DNA of 35,560 nt from a virus (lineage: Duplodnaviria > Caudoviricetes), in the IMG/VR virus record IMGVR_UViG_3300031519_005598, positions 1 to 35,560 of that record. One strand, written 5' to 3'. Below are positions 18,972 to 27,312 of this stretch, in pieces (position 1 is the stretch's first letter; every line of letters starts with the position of its first letter). The translations under genes and the position numbers were made by a program. Under the pieces are notes generated by a model. The model saw nothing but the letters and a program-made list of their open reading frames with translations, ran no database searches and was not told the origin of the DNA.

Positions 18972-19703
18972 CTAAAAACTATAATTGAACATTTCTACGT
19001 CTTTTTCGTATAATTTACCTATTTCTTCTCTTAATTCATCGTCATAATACAAATGATAATCATGATGTTCAGTTTTGTTTTTATGTTTTTTTATTTGCGG
19101 TATATCTAAATAGTCGTAGAATTCTTTTAACTCAGACTCAAGTTTAAAGTGTTTAGTAAATGGATTCATCCAACCATGCTGTGGACTATTTTCTAACCAA
19201 GTTCTATTTGGATTATTTCTTATTGCCTCTTGCATATTGTTTTCTTCTCTAAAATGTCCGTTAGGCATCCAAGCTGTTTTAAAACCTTCTCTTGACAATC
19301 TTGTGTGAACATGCATGGCCCATTCTTCTCTTATATTAAGGGGTCTAATAGCGGCTTGCAAATTGAATAAAAATAAAGATAAACATCTAGACCAAGGATT
19401 TCTAGTCAAACACACTGGTGTGCAACTTAATAGTACTTCTTTGTATTTTTCTTGCAACACATATGCTTGATTATGCAATTCATTAAAATCAATATTAAGA
19501 AGATGCACTCCCATATTTTCGTAAAAATCTCTATGTCTTTTAACCTCGCCAGCAAAAGATGTTCCACCGTTTTTTGGTATGTGTACAAAAAACCATTCAC
19601 CCGGTCTATATACTATAGAATGACCAAACTTTAATTGCCTGTAATCACCATCATTTCTCATAAATGGGTGTGTAGAAATTTTTATTATTTTATCTTTTGC
19701 CAT
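18972..19703 (-). CDS. Sulfotransferase family 2-like protein
   Basis: 5'-PSB loop FVHIPKNGGTSF, 3'-PB RNPWSRCLS, C-terminal YDDE..Y.KD..F.Y.F. Confidence 0.8.
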   Translation of the reverse strand: MAKDKIIKISTHPFMRNDGDYRQLKFGHSIVYRPGEWFFVHIPKNGGTSFAGEVKRHRDFYENMGVHLLNIDFNELHNQAYVLQEKYKEVLLSCTPVCLTRNPWSRCLSLFLFNLQAAIRPLNIREEWAMHVHTRLSREGFKTAWMPNGHFREENNMQEAIRNNPNRTWLENSPQHGWMNPFTKHFKLESELKEFYDYLDIPQIKKHKNKTEHHDYHLYYDDELREEIGKLYEKDVEMFNYSF

Positions 19704-21481
19704 ATCTTAACCATATTATAGTAAGTAAACCAAAGGTTGCTAATGTATTCATCTTCATGGTATCCATCATGCCAAGGCTTTACTCTTCCAGATAAATGTA
19801 GTATACATATGTCTGCTTTTACGATATTCATATCATATTGGTGAATTAAGAAATTAAATTTAGAATCTAGGTTTGCAAAAATTTTATTGAAAGCCATATT
19901 TAATGCGCACTGATCATGCATAATTAGATTTTTTTGTTTTTCTACATTTTCCAAACATCTCTTAATTATTTCTGGCACATGTTCAAATTTAGTATTAATC
20001 AATAACACTCCGCTATTGAAATAACTTTCTATATTATTTACATCTTTACTTTTAATTACAGCTTTTTGCTCTTGGTCTTCGACGCAAGCATACAAAGGAG
20101 AAGTCATTTTCATGTTAAGCAATTCGTATAGATTTGAAAGAACAAGAACATCTGAATCTAAATATAATATTCTCGTGACATCAACATCTTTCGAGAGTTT
20201 GTCAAACATAAATATACGGTAATACGCACTTTTATCTAATACGTCGTGAACCTTGATTCCGTACTCGACCTTCAAATCGTCAGTCTTGTATTCTTTCTCT
20301 AAATTATATATTTTATAGTCTATGTCAAGCACTTCCATAAACCCAGTTAAATTATCTAAATTAACTGTATTGTCTATGCCTATATGGAATCTCATATTAT
20401 TTACTATCGAGCCATTGTTTATGACTAAAGATGTTATTGCAGTTTGAAAACCTTTGAAGTAACTACCGTTTATGCAAAAAATAACATCTAATTTTTCTTT
20501 GCATTTTATTTCAGATTCGTGACGATAGCTTCTTCTGCTCTGTTCATTATTATACTCTCTAATAGAATCAATCAATTCAAGTATACAATCTTTAGTATCA
20601 CCAGACTTTACTAGTATTTCTTCTAATTCTTTTGTTTTTCCTAAACGTACAGCAGATTTAAATAACCAATGACATGTTGGAAAAAAATTAACAACGTTGT
20701 TTAAGTTTGAAAGTAAGTCTTCGGTCAAAAATCTATAAAGTTTTTCATCATCGTCTTGGGCTACATATAAATCAGCTTTAGTAAAAGGAGCTATAAAATC
20801 TTCATCAAACTTTTCACACATCCCATGTCCTATATCTAAATTTTTACTGTCAAATAATCTTTTAATATAAATATTTATGGGACTATAATATTTTTGCTGA
20901 TTACCATTTGAGATTATTATATCTATAAGATTACACATTTTTTCTGATGTGTCTGGATTAATCTCTACGTTTAATGAAACATAAGACATTAGTTTTGGGT
21001 AATTTCCAACCTTGACTAAATCAATCATATCTGATATTGCTTTTAGATATTGTTTTTTTTGTAAATTTATACAACAATCTAGTTGAACCCTTTGTTGATT
21101 ATCTATATTTTCGTACAAGTATGATATATCTTTGGTTGTGTGAGCAAGAACCATTCTCAGGTTTGTATTATTTTTACAAACATCAGAAGACCAGTATAAT
21201 TCATATAAGGTTCTGTGTATTTCGTCACAATCCTCACACAAGTACTTGTGCATGTAATGATCAATAATTAGCAATAAGCCTCCTAAAGCTGCCTCCTCTT
21301 GAGTTCCAACAATAGATTTGGCTAAGTCATTGATAATATCTTCAGACTTTTCTTTTGTAAGATTATCTATTAAAGCATTGTATAACTCTACGCTTCTATG
21401 TCCTTCATCAAATATTCTTTGTAAAAATTCAAGATTGTTTTTCTTTATGTCCTGACAACTTGTCATCTTCAAAACTTTCAA
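19685..21481 (-). CDS. Glycosyltransferase family 8 domain fused to a long helical N-terminal region
   Basis: C-half AYYRIF, RILYLDSDVLV, YFNSGVLLIN, HDQCALN, ILHLSGRVKPW; start may be 21466. Confidence 0.85.
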   Translation of the reverse strand: MKVLKMTSCQDIKKNNLEFLQRIFDEGHRSVELYNALIDNLTKEKSEDIINDLAKSIVGTQEEAALGGLLLIIDHYMHKYLCEDCDEIHRTLYELYWSSDVCKNNTNLRMVLAHTTKDISYLYENIDNQQRVQLDCCINLQKKQYLKAISDMIDLVKVGNYPKLMSYVSLNVEINPDTSEKMCNLIDIIISNGNQQKYYSPINIYIKRLFDSKNLDIGHGMCEKFDEDFIAPFTKADLYVAQDDDEKLYRFLTEDLLSNLNNVVNFFPTCHWLFKSAVRLGKTKELEEILVKSGDTKDCILELIDSIREYNNEQSRRSYRHESEIKCKEKLDVIFCINGSYFKGFQTAITSLVINNGSIVNNMRFHIGIDNTVNLDNLTGFMEVLDIDYKIYNLEKEYKTDDLKVEYGIKVHDVLDKSAYYRIFMFDKLSKDVDVTRILYLDSDVLVLSNLYELLNMKMTSPLYACVEDQEQKAVIKSKDVNNIESYFNSGVLLINTKFEHVPEIIKRCLENVEKQKNLIMHDQCALNMAFNKIFANLDSKFNFLIHQYDMNIVKADICILHLSGRVKPWHDGYHEDEYISNLWFTYYNMVKIWQKIK

Positions 21482-21839
21482 AAGTGTATTTTAAAAACCC
21501 TAAACTAATTTTTTCGTGAGTAACTATTCTTGTTCTCTCATTTTTATTGTGGGTGCATTCCATGTGACAGTTGGCACATAATATTCTACATTTTTTTATC
21601 TCATTTAACAACACTTCAATTGGAATATTTGCATTGTATAACTGATACATGCCTCCCGCACAAGTCCTTTTAGAGCATCCATTCTTAGTAAGTTCTTCTT
21701 TCTCTCCAAGCTCAGGTATGTGGTCAAAGCATAGTGCAGAGGGGTGCATATTGTATCCACATAAATAACAACCATTAGACTTTTTGTATAAGTCTATCCA
21801 ATAATGTCTATGCGCTGTAATTTCTTTTTTAGTTGGCAT
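21429..21839 (-). CDS. HNH-like zinc-binding nuclease
   Basis: CYLCG..ALCFDH..EIKKCRILCANCH. Confidence 0.7.
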   Translation of the reverse strand: MPTKKEITAHRHYWIDLYKKSNGCYLCGYNMHPSALCFDHIPELGEKEELTKNGCSKRTCAGGMYQLYNANIPIEVLLNEIKKCRILCANCHMECTHNKNERTRIVTHEKISLGFLKYTFESFEDDKLSGHKEKQS

Positions 21840-22044
21840 TGTATACTATTTCTGCAAACATAGGTAGTTTTGGCGATGGTATATAATTATAATTAGGAGG
21901 TAAGGGTACAGTATGTATCTGTACCGGAGGTCTTGGAGGCATACTTAATGGTTTTACATAATCAAAACCTTCTGGTATTGCAGGTCCATAAACACACATA
22001 TATGTTTTATCTTCTAATTTTTCTATATTTAATTTCATAATCAT
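21829..22044 (-). CDS. Hypothetical Pro-rich protein
   Basis: 71-aa ORF in the gene string. Confidence 0.5.
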   Translation of the reverse strand: MIMKLNIEKLEDKTYMCVYGPAIPEGFDYVKPLSMPPRPPVQIHTVPLPPNYNYIPSPKLPMFAEIVYNAN

Positions 22045-22046
22045 TC

Positions 22047-22328
22047 CTATGTTTCTATAAACTTAATGTATCTCCAACTAATCGTATGGTGTAAATGATA
22101 AGTCTCAGAAAATATATATATGTTTATAGATTGAAAAGCGGCACAGTCTTTTCTTATCTCCGGTTTAATAACTTCAATTTCAATATGTGTAAACATAAAT
22201 GTGGTATGAAAATATGTTATACTCTTGGGTCTTCCGTCTATTAAAAATGCTAATGCTTCACTATGCCGAAGTATGTGTACTCCGCTTAGAAGCAAATATA
22301 GAGACAGTAGTAGTGCTTTAATTTTCAT
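22047..22328 (-). CDS. Hypothetical protein with N-terminal hydrophobic segment
   Basis: 93-aa ORF starting immediately after the tmRNA 3' end. Confidence 0.5.
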   Translation of the reverse strand: MKIKALLLSLYLLLSGVHILRHSEALAFLIDGRPKSITYFHTTFMFTHIEIEVIKPEIRKDCAAFQSINIYIFSETYHLHHTISWRYIKFIET

Positions 22329-22331
22329 AAG

Positions 22332-22672
22332 TGGAGGCGAGGGGAGTCGAACCCCTGTCCAGTATAAATTCCACGTAAACTTCTACATCGTTAGTCTGTT
22401 GTTATTAATACTACAGACAAAACTATCTGTCTTTTCAGATGTCAGGACGACTACGCCCATCGACCCATTTACTTTAGGTAGGACAACCCTATCCGATTAT
22501 CGGAGTCAGCACAATTGGGTAAAAAGGTTTGTGCAACCCCTCTCACCTAAACGGCGAGTGCTAATACAGAAGTATCGGCAATTGAAATGTAATCAAGTTT
22601 TAAAGTAGCCTCTTGATTAACTACTCGATGCGATCTATGCTTCTATCTACCTGTCGAAACCTTTACGCCCCC
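22332..22672 (-). ncRNA. ssrA: tmRNA, tag peptide (A)DTSVLALAV*
   Basis: 5' GGGGGCGTAAAGGTTTCGAC; 3' GACAGGGGTTCGACTCCCCTCGCCTCCA; acceptor stem with the G3-U Ala identity pair; tag ORF at 22547-22579; about 341 nt; CCA not encoded. Confidence 0.93.
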
Positions 22673-22677
22673 TAATT

Positions 22678-23070
22678 CTAATCTAAAAAATCAATTAGTT
22701 TTTTAGTTCCACCAAAACCAACCTGTCTTCTTACTTCTATACCCTCCGCTTCTATAATATAAGTAGGAACTTTATTAATATTATATTTTCTTTTTTCTAC
22801 GACATTTTTATCAAAATCATATTTGATAACCTCGTATGTATCTATAATTCTTTTTAAGTTCATATTCTCTCGCATCTCTTTACGAGCTACCTTGCAAGGT
22901 AAACACCAATCAGCAGAGAAAATAATCAATCTAGGTCTCGGTGGTGTATTATTCAATAAAAAATCAAATTCCTTTCCGTCGTACATGCCGCCCATCTGGG
23001 CGAAACCAACTAGTGAGTGAGCTGAAATATATAAACTAAATAATGCGCATATTGTGTAGTACTTATTCAT
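22678..23070 (-). CDS. Thioredoxin-like protein with signal peptide / N-terminal TM
   Basis: IFSADWCLPCK active site, YNINKVPTY cis-Pro motif; start trimmed to ATG 23070 (GGAG SD). Confidence 0.85.
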   Translation of the reverse strand: MNKYYTICALFSLYISAHSLVGFAQMGGMYDGKEFDFLLNNTPPRPRLIIFSADWCLPCKVARKEMRENMNLKRIIDTYEVIKYDFDKNVVEKRKYNINKVPTYIIEAEGIEVRRQVGFGGTKKLIDFLD

Positions 23071-23117
23071 AGCTATTCTCCAGTGTGTGATAAATGCTAT
23101 GAATATATACACTATAA

Positions 23118-23189
23118 TAGCCCCAGCGGGAGTTGAACCCACATTGTCGGTTTAGAAGACCGATGTTCTATCCATTGAACTATAGAGCC
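23118..23189 (-). tRNA. tRNA-Arg (UCU)
   Basis: GGCTCTATAGTTCAATGGATAGAAC-A-TCGGT-CTTCTAA-ACCGA..GTGGGTTCAACTCCCGC-TGGGGCTA; several G-U pairs in the acceptor stem. Confidence 0.88.
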
Positions 23190-23193
23190 TTAA

Positions 23194-23266
23194 TAGGAGT
23201 GGCGGGAGTCGAACCCGCACTGGAAGGATTTTAAGTCCTTTGTCTCTGCCTTTGGACTACACTCCC
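23194..23266 (-). tRNA. tRNA-Leu (UAA), short variable loop
   Basis: GGGAGTGTAGTCCAAAGGCAGAGACA-AAGGA-CTTAAAA-TCCTT-CCAGT-GCGGGTTCGACTCCCGC-CACTCCTA. Confidence 0.9.
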
Positions 23267-23274
23267 AGAATCCG

Positions 23275-23490
23275 TTATTTAAAACCAATTCTAGAAGGAT
23301 CGCCCAGAGTTAAAGTCAATTGATCTTGAACGAAATGTTCCTTAGTGTAAGTCCTAGCTTGCCACCAACCCACCTCGTAGAATACTGAGTTCTTATCACC
23401 GATAGTTACACTTAGTACAGTACCAAATAAATCTTCGTCAAGCTGTACTTTACTGCCTACTGAAAATACTTCCAAAGTCGTTTTAGACAT
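23275..23490 (-). CDS. Hypothetical protein (small beta-rich, SH3-like)
   Basis: GGAG SD; FSVGSKV..GTVLSV..YEVGWW pattern. Confidence 0.65.
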   Translation of the reverse strand: MSKTTLEVFSVGSKVQLDEDLFGTVLSVTIGDKNSVFYEVGWWQARTYTKEHFVQDQLTLTLGDPSRIGFK

Positions 23491-23501
23491 TTATATACTC
23501 C

Positions 23502-23675
23502 TTAGTTTTCGTCGTCAAATAGTTCTTCTGCAATTATAACATCTGTCAAATCATTGTCAATGACGCTATGTTTAACTGGTCTAGTGTCATGCTTTTCAAG
23601 GATTAAGCTTAAAAATATACTTAAAGCTCCAAATATGAATAGTAAACCAATTAGTGTGGCTACAACTTCTCCCAT
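23502..23675 (-). CDS. Small membrane protein
   Basis: Start trimmed to ATG 23675 (MGEVVATLIGLLFIFGALSIFL) with AAGGAG SD. Confidence 0.6.
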   Translation of the reverse strand: MGEVVATLIGLLFIFGALSIFLSLILEKHDTRPVKHSVIDNDLTDVIIAEELFDDEN

Positions 23676-23686
23676 TTTAAAGCTCC

Positions 23687-23977
23687 TTAAGGCGCATAGT
23701 ATGGCTGAAAAGACCATTGAATTGTTGGTTGATACGTCGTGTGAAACCTTGGAAAGAATGTAAAATTTCTTGTCCTTACTGGTTGGATTACGTAGTATGG
23801 AGTCCAGACGTAATATATTCTTGGTCTGACAAAAGTAGTTAGAGTCTGTACTGGTTGTACAGGTACAACCACCTCCGGGTATGCTTGCATGGGTGGAATC
23901 TCCATAGGCTTCCAACCGCCGTGAGCGAAACATGTTGATGCAAAAACTGTAAAAATAATTGTATATAAAAATTTCAT
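23687..23977 (-). CDS. Small secreted Pro/Tyr-rich protein
   Basis: Start ATG 23977, signal peptide MKFLYTIIFTVFASTCFA. Confidence 0.6.
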   Translation of the reverse strand: MKFLYTIIFTVFASTCFAHGGWKPMEIPPMQAYPEVVVPVQPVQTLTTFVRPRIYYVWTPYYVIQPVRTRNFTFFPRFHTTYQPTIQWSFQPYYAP

Positions 23978-24201
23978 ACGTTGTCTCCATTTGATTCGTA
24001 TTCTAACTGATTGTAAACTAATGTCAACCTTGTTTCCTGACCTTGTTTGATTAGGTTGGACAGTTCCCATATATCTACTTCGTGTTCTTTTCCCGTTTCT
24101 GCGTCATGTACAAGAATAGGTTTATTCCACTCTACACTTCCAAGTTCTGAAAGAGTATTTGCTTTTTTGTACAAAAAATTATATAAGTCAAGCCAAGTCA
24201 T
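23974..24201 (-). CDS. Hypothetical protein
   Basis: GGAG SD, 75 aa. Confidence 0.65.
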   Translation of the reverse strand: MTWLDLYNFLYKKANTLSELGSVEWNKPILVHDAETGKEHEVDIWELSNLIKQGQETRLTLVYNQLEYESNGDNV

Positions 24202-24526
24202 CGTTTTCTCCTATAGATTTAGTTTCAAGCGTCCCATCTAAATGTACATAGCATTCATATTCACCATCAGAAGCCATTCGTGCAATTTCAAACCCCATGA
24301 TCCAACTTTGCATATCTATAGTACACTGCTGATAATTATCTTTAGCCATGCTATAACCTTCTCCGTCATCATTTTCCACACAAAAGTTTTTTACTAGGTT
24401 TCTAGCCTGAGTAAGACTCATGTACTGATTAAGTTCTTTCAATGTGATGTCTAAGTGAAAACAAACGTCTTTAGCAAGCAATTTAGTGAACTTGTTCAAA
24501 TTCTGTATCTTGATTGAGTTCTGCAT
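24188..24526 (-). CDS. Hypothetical protein
   Basis: AAGGAG SD, 112 aa. Confidence 0.65.
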   Translation of the reverse strand: MQNSIKIQNLNKFTKLLAKDVCFHLDITLKELNQYMSLTQARNLVKNFCVENDDGEGYSMAKDNYQQCTIDMQSWIMGFEIARMASDGEYECYVHLDGTLETKSIGENDDLA

Positions 24527-25430
24527 TTAATTCTCCTTCAATGGCTTTCTCAATATATTCTGGTAAATTAATCTTCTGATTTTTCTTGTATAATCTCCCC
24601 TCGTGAAGTCCATGATTTTTAAAATGTTCAATAAGTTCTTTTTCTGTTTGGAACTGCAAATCTGTGTTAACACTTTTATATTCTTGTGGATTAAAATCTT
24701 TAGGAATCATTTTTCTTTTATATTCAGTAAGGTGCATTTTCCTATGCTTAATAATCGGATAGCTTTTTTCTTCAATGTATTCTTTTAATTTTTCATTATC
24801 AAAATTTAAATTCTTTTTATAAGTAAGAGGCATGGTGTATAAGCAAGATTGATGAGAATATATTTGGCAGCTGGATATTTCGCTTTGAACTAAAGCTTTG
24901 TGTGCTTCTTGGAATCTAGTAGCGTCAACATCTGTTACGTCTAAAAATAATCCATTTAAAATATTCTGTTCTTTATAAAAAGCTATAGCTTTATTTATAG
25001 CTTCGTTATTATAAACTCTTAAAAAATCCTGACAATGCCAACTACCCTCTCTTGATGATATCAATCCTGTCATCTCATGTTCTTTAGAGTGATGCAACTC
25101 AACAAAAGGTATAAGCGTATCAATAACTAAAAAAGTATCGTTAGTTAATATAACGTGTTCGTAATCATGTTTATATATATTATCTATGTAAAATATCCAC
25201 TTACCATGATTTAAACTAATCAAATTAGCGCAATAATGGAACTCTATATCTTTCTCTCCGTATTGCTTTGCTATGCATTTTTTCAAGGGGTCGTCATCAA
25301 CAAATTCTTTAGAATTTACAATAACAATTTTGTCTGATATCTCTTTAAAATATTTTATATTAGAGCATGTAGATTTAATACTCAATTCATCGCTTGAATG
25401 AGCTGCAATTACACATAATATTTTGTCCAT
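24483..25430 (-). CDS. Putative glycosyltransferase-like (GT-A / rhamnan-synthesis-like) protein with C-terminal DF...Y...N.DL...H...HG..EGR.Y module
   Basis: Start trimmed to ATG 25430 (the longer ORF overlaps tRNA-Glu); VILTNDTF and HCQDF motifs resemble RgpF-type proteins. Confidence 0.5.
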   Translation of the reverse strand: MDKILCVIAAHSSDELSIKSTCSNIKYFKEISDKIVIVNSKEFVDDDPLKKCIAKQYGEKDIEFHYCANLISLNHGKWIFYIDNIYKHDYEHVILTNDTFLVIDTLIPFVELHHSKEHEMTGLISSREGSWHCQDFLRVYNNEAINKAIAFYKEQNILNGLFLDVTDVDATRFQEAHKALVQSEISSCQIYSHQSCLYTMPLTYKKNLNFDNEKLKEYIEEKSYPIIKHRKMHLTEYKRKMIPKDFNPQEYKSVNTDLQFQTEKELIEHFKNHGLHEGRLYKKNQKINLPEYIEKAIEGELNAELNQDTEFEQVH

Positions 25431-25447
25431 ATTTATATCCTTGTATG

Positions 25448-25519
25448 TGACCCCACGGAGAGTCGAACTCCGGTTACGGGAATGAAAATCCCGTGTCCTA
25501 ACCACTAGACGATGGGGCC
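25448..25519 (-). tRNA. tRNA-Glu (UUC)
   Basis: GGCCCCATCGTCTAGTGGTTAGGACA-CGGGA-TTTTCAT-TCCCG-TAAC-CGGAGTTCGACTCTCCG-TGGGGTCA. Confidence 0.93.
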
Positions 25520-25527
25520 GGTTAGTT

Positions 25528-25566
25528 ATTCTACTTCAATATCGTCTTCTTGTCAAGCATACTTTA
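25528..25566 (-). promoter_or_regulatory. Composite promoter upstream of tRNA-Glu: TTGACA-N17-TAGAAT plus TAAAGT-N14-GACGATA
   Basis: Read directly; -10 box lies 8 nt from the tRNA 5' end. Confidence 0.8.
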
Positions 25567-26070
25567 AATTTTAATCTTATTTTCTTCTTGTCTTCTATAC
25601 TCATCTCTAAGTCTAAAAGCTCTGTCTGTGTCGTTACTATTCAAAGTACCATTTTCAAGATAGTCTTGAACGTCTTCAGTGGTCATAGGAATCCTAGCTT
25701 CATCTTCGTAATAGTATTCCCAAGGTTTCCATCTCAGACGGATGTTATCAATATTCACCCTTGTGTTGCCATTCTCATCTGTATAAGAATACTTAACCCA
25801 ATACCACTCCTCTGCACACATCGCCTCTTCGATTACTTTAAAGTCTTTAGGGTAGTCATTAAAACAATATACTTTAAATTGACCTTGACCGTAAAGCCAC
25901 TGCAAAACGCCCTCATCTTCAAAGTCTGTAGGGAAGAAAATGTTATTGATTGATCTTTCTACTATGGGAAACTTCCAACCTACCCACTCTGCGTTAGTTA
26001 TAAACCCTATCGAAGCTCCTACGAATAACAATAGGAACTGATAGAACATAGCTCTCAGTATGCATTTCAT
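25564..26070 (-). CDS. Hypothetical membrane-anchored protein
   Basis: Start trimmed to ATG 26070; TM FYQFLLLFVGASIGFI. Confidence 0.6.
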   Translation of the reverse strand: MKCILRAMFYQFLLLFVGASIGFITNAEWVGWKFPIVERSINNIFFPTDFEDEGVLQWLYGQGQFKVYCFNDYPKDFKVIEEAMCAEEWYWVKYSYTDENGNTRVNIDNIRLRWKPWEYYYEDEARIPMTTEDVQDYLENGTLNSNDTDRAFRLRDEYRRQEENKIKI

Positions 26071-26116
26071 TTTTTTGCTCTTATTTGTGTGTGTAAATTT
26101 GCATAAATAATTTTTG

Positions 26117-26341
26117 TTACTTATCATAATATACACTTTTATCATTCTTAAGAGTCAAATTTTTACAATCTAATCTTCTTTTAACGCCATCCTTGTGGCA
26201 TTGTTCGCACAAGTAGAAGATACCAAAATTATCTACTGTATAATTAGTAGCTAAATCTATACAGGGTTTTTCGTAAACCGTGCCTGTTTCCCAATCTATA
26301 AACAAGAGATGTTTATTCTGGCAAAGAATTTTTTCTATCAT
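26117..26341 (-). CDS. Small Cys-containing hypothetical protein
   Basis: Two Cys plus a CEQC motif. Confidence 0.5.
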   Translation of the reverse strand: MIEKILCQNKHLLFIDWETGTVYEKPCIDLATNYTVDNFGIFYLCEQCHKDGVKRRLDCKNLTLKNDKSVYYDK

Positions 26342-26516
26342 CTACTATCCTCTTATCGTCAATGTCGTAAATATAAGATATATCTTTAATTTCTATGCTA
26401 AGTATAGTATCGTCCAAGTTGTTAATCTTAGCATGTTCCTTTATCATCTTCTCTATATCGCTAAGAATCCTTTGAGGATGTATATTTTTGCCCAATCTGT
26501 AGTGTCTTGATTGCAT
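26313..26516 (-). CDS. Hypothetical protein
   Basis: Start trimmed to ATG 26516 after GGAG. Confidence 0.5.
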   Translation of the reverse strand: MQSRHYRLGKNIHPQRILSDIEKMIKEHAKINNLDDTILSIEIKDISYIYDIDDKRIVDDRKNSLPE

Positions 26517-26517
26517 C

Positions 26518-26730
26518 TTAATTCTCTCCCCATATTTTTTTCCAGCAACTATCACAGGTTCCACTAATTAAAAGCTCCCTGTCTGATGCTGATATATAAT
26601 CTAAACAATCTTGTATGTAATCTTCACCAGCCATCCATCTTTCAAGATCTTTCCTGTTAAGTAAAATTACACGCTCTGAACCACAGTGTACACAAGATAC
26701 TTCATGTGGATATTCATTAGTTGTTATCAT
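26518..26730 (-). CDS. Small zinc-binding protein
   Basis: CVHC ... RELLISGTCDSCW. Confidence 0.65.
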   Translation of the reverse strand: MITTNEYPHEVSCVHCGSERVILLNRKDLERWMAGEDYIQDCLDYISASDRELLISGTCDSCWKKIWGEN

Positions 26731-26969
26731 TTTTTATTTACTTTCCAACTGAATAATCCATTTAACCATTTTTTTCTTTTACTGCAACCGCATTCTTTTA
26801 AATTAAACCATTCCTTAAATCTTTCTTCTGTAACACCAAACTTCTTTAGTGTAGATTCTACTACGTCGCCCAACCCTACCGTGTCTTTAGTTATGTGCGA
26901 GTTTACATCAACGCCCTCATTTTCTAAGGCATTAATTACCTGATTCATTTCTCTTCTTATGTCACTCAT
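26727..26969 (-). CDS. Hypothetical phage protein (GLGD...CGC..RK..LN type)
   Basis: GLGDVVESTLKKFGV and CGCSKRKKWLN motifs; GGAGG SD. Confidence 0.65.
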   Translation of the reverse strand: MSDIRREMNQVINALENEGVDVNSHITKDTVGLGDVVESTLKKFGVTEERFKEWFNLKECGCSKRKKWLNGLFSWKVNKK

Positions 26970-27312
26970 TCTGACCTCCACAGTTCTCTCTGTCTATATC
27001 ATCTGCACTAATTTCTGTCCAGTATATTTCATACGCTGTGGTATCTTCAAGAGCCTCAAACATGTGATATTCTTGAGGCTTTACAGTAGACATTTGTTGA
27101 TCCTTTATAATTGTCTCGTCTACCAATTCGTAATCATTTTTCCAGATAGTGATCTTTAATGCACCACGTTCAACAAAAAAAGCATTATACTTATAGTTGT
27201 GCTTATGTTTAGAGCAAAAGCCTCCCTCTTTAGCTTCTATTCGGTGTATCTCAACGTTATTCTTTAAAAATAATGGTTGAGTAAACCCCCAAACTTTTCC
27301 TTGAACATTCAT
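26962..27312 (-). CDS. Cupin-domain protein (mannose-6-phosphate isomerase type II C-terminal-like)
   Basis: KVWG, CSKHKH..K.N.F.V..G, P.EYHMF.A. Confidence 0.75.
   Translation of the reverse strand: MNVQGKVWGFTQPLFLKNNVEIHRIEAKEGGFCSKHKHNYKYNAFFVERGALKITIWKNDYELVDETIIKDQQMSTVKPQEYHMFEALEDTTAYEIYWTEISADDIDRENCGGQNE

Noticed and set aside
22225-22608. 127-aa plus-strand ORF
   Set aside because: Antisense to the tmRNA.
23071-25505. N-terminal extensions of ORFs 22678..23142, 23502..23990, 23687..24070 and 24483..25505
   Set aside because: They run into tRNA genes or neighbouring CDS; internal ATGs fit better.
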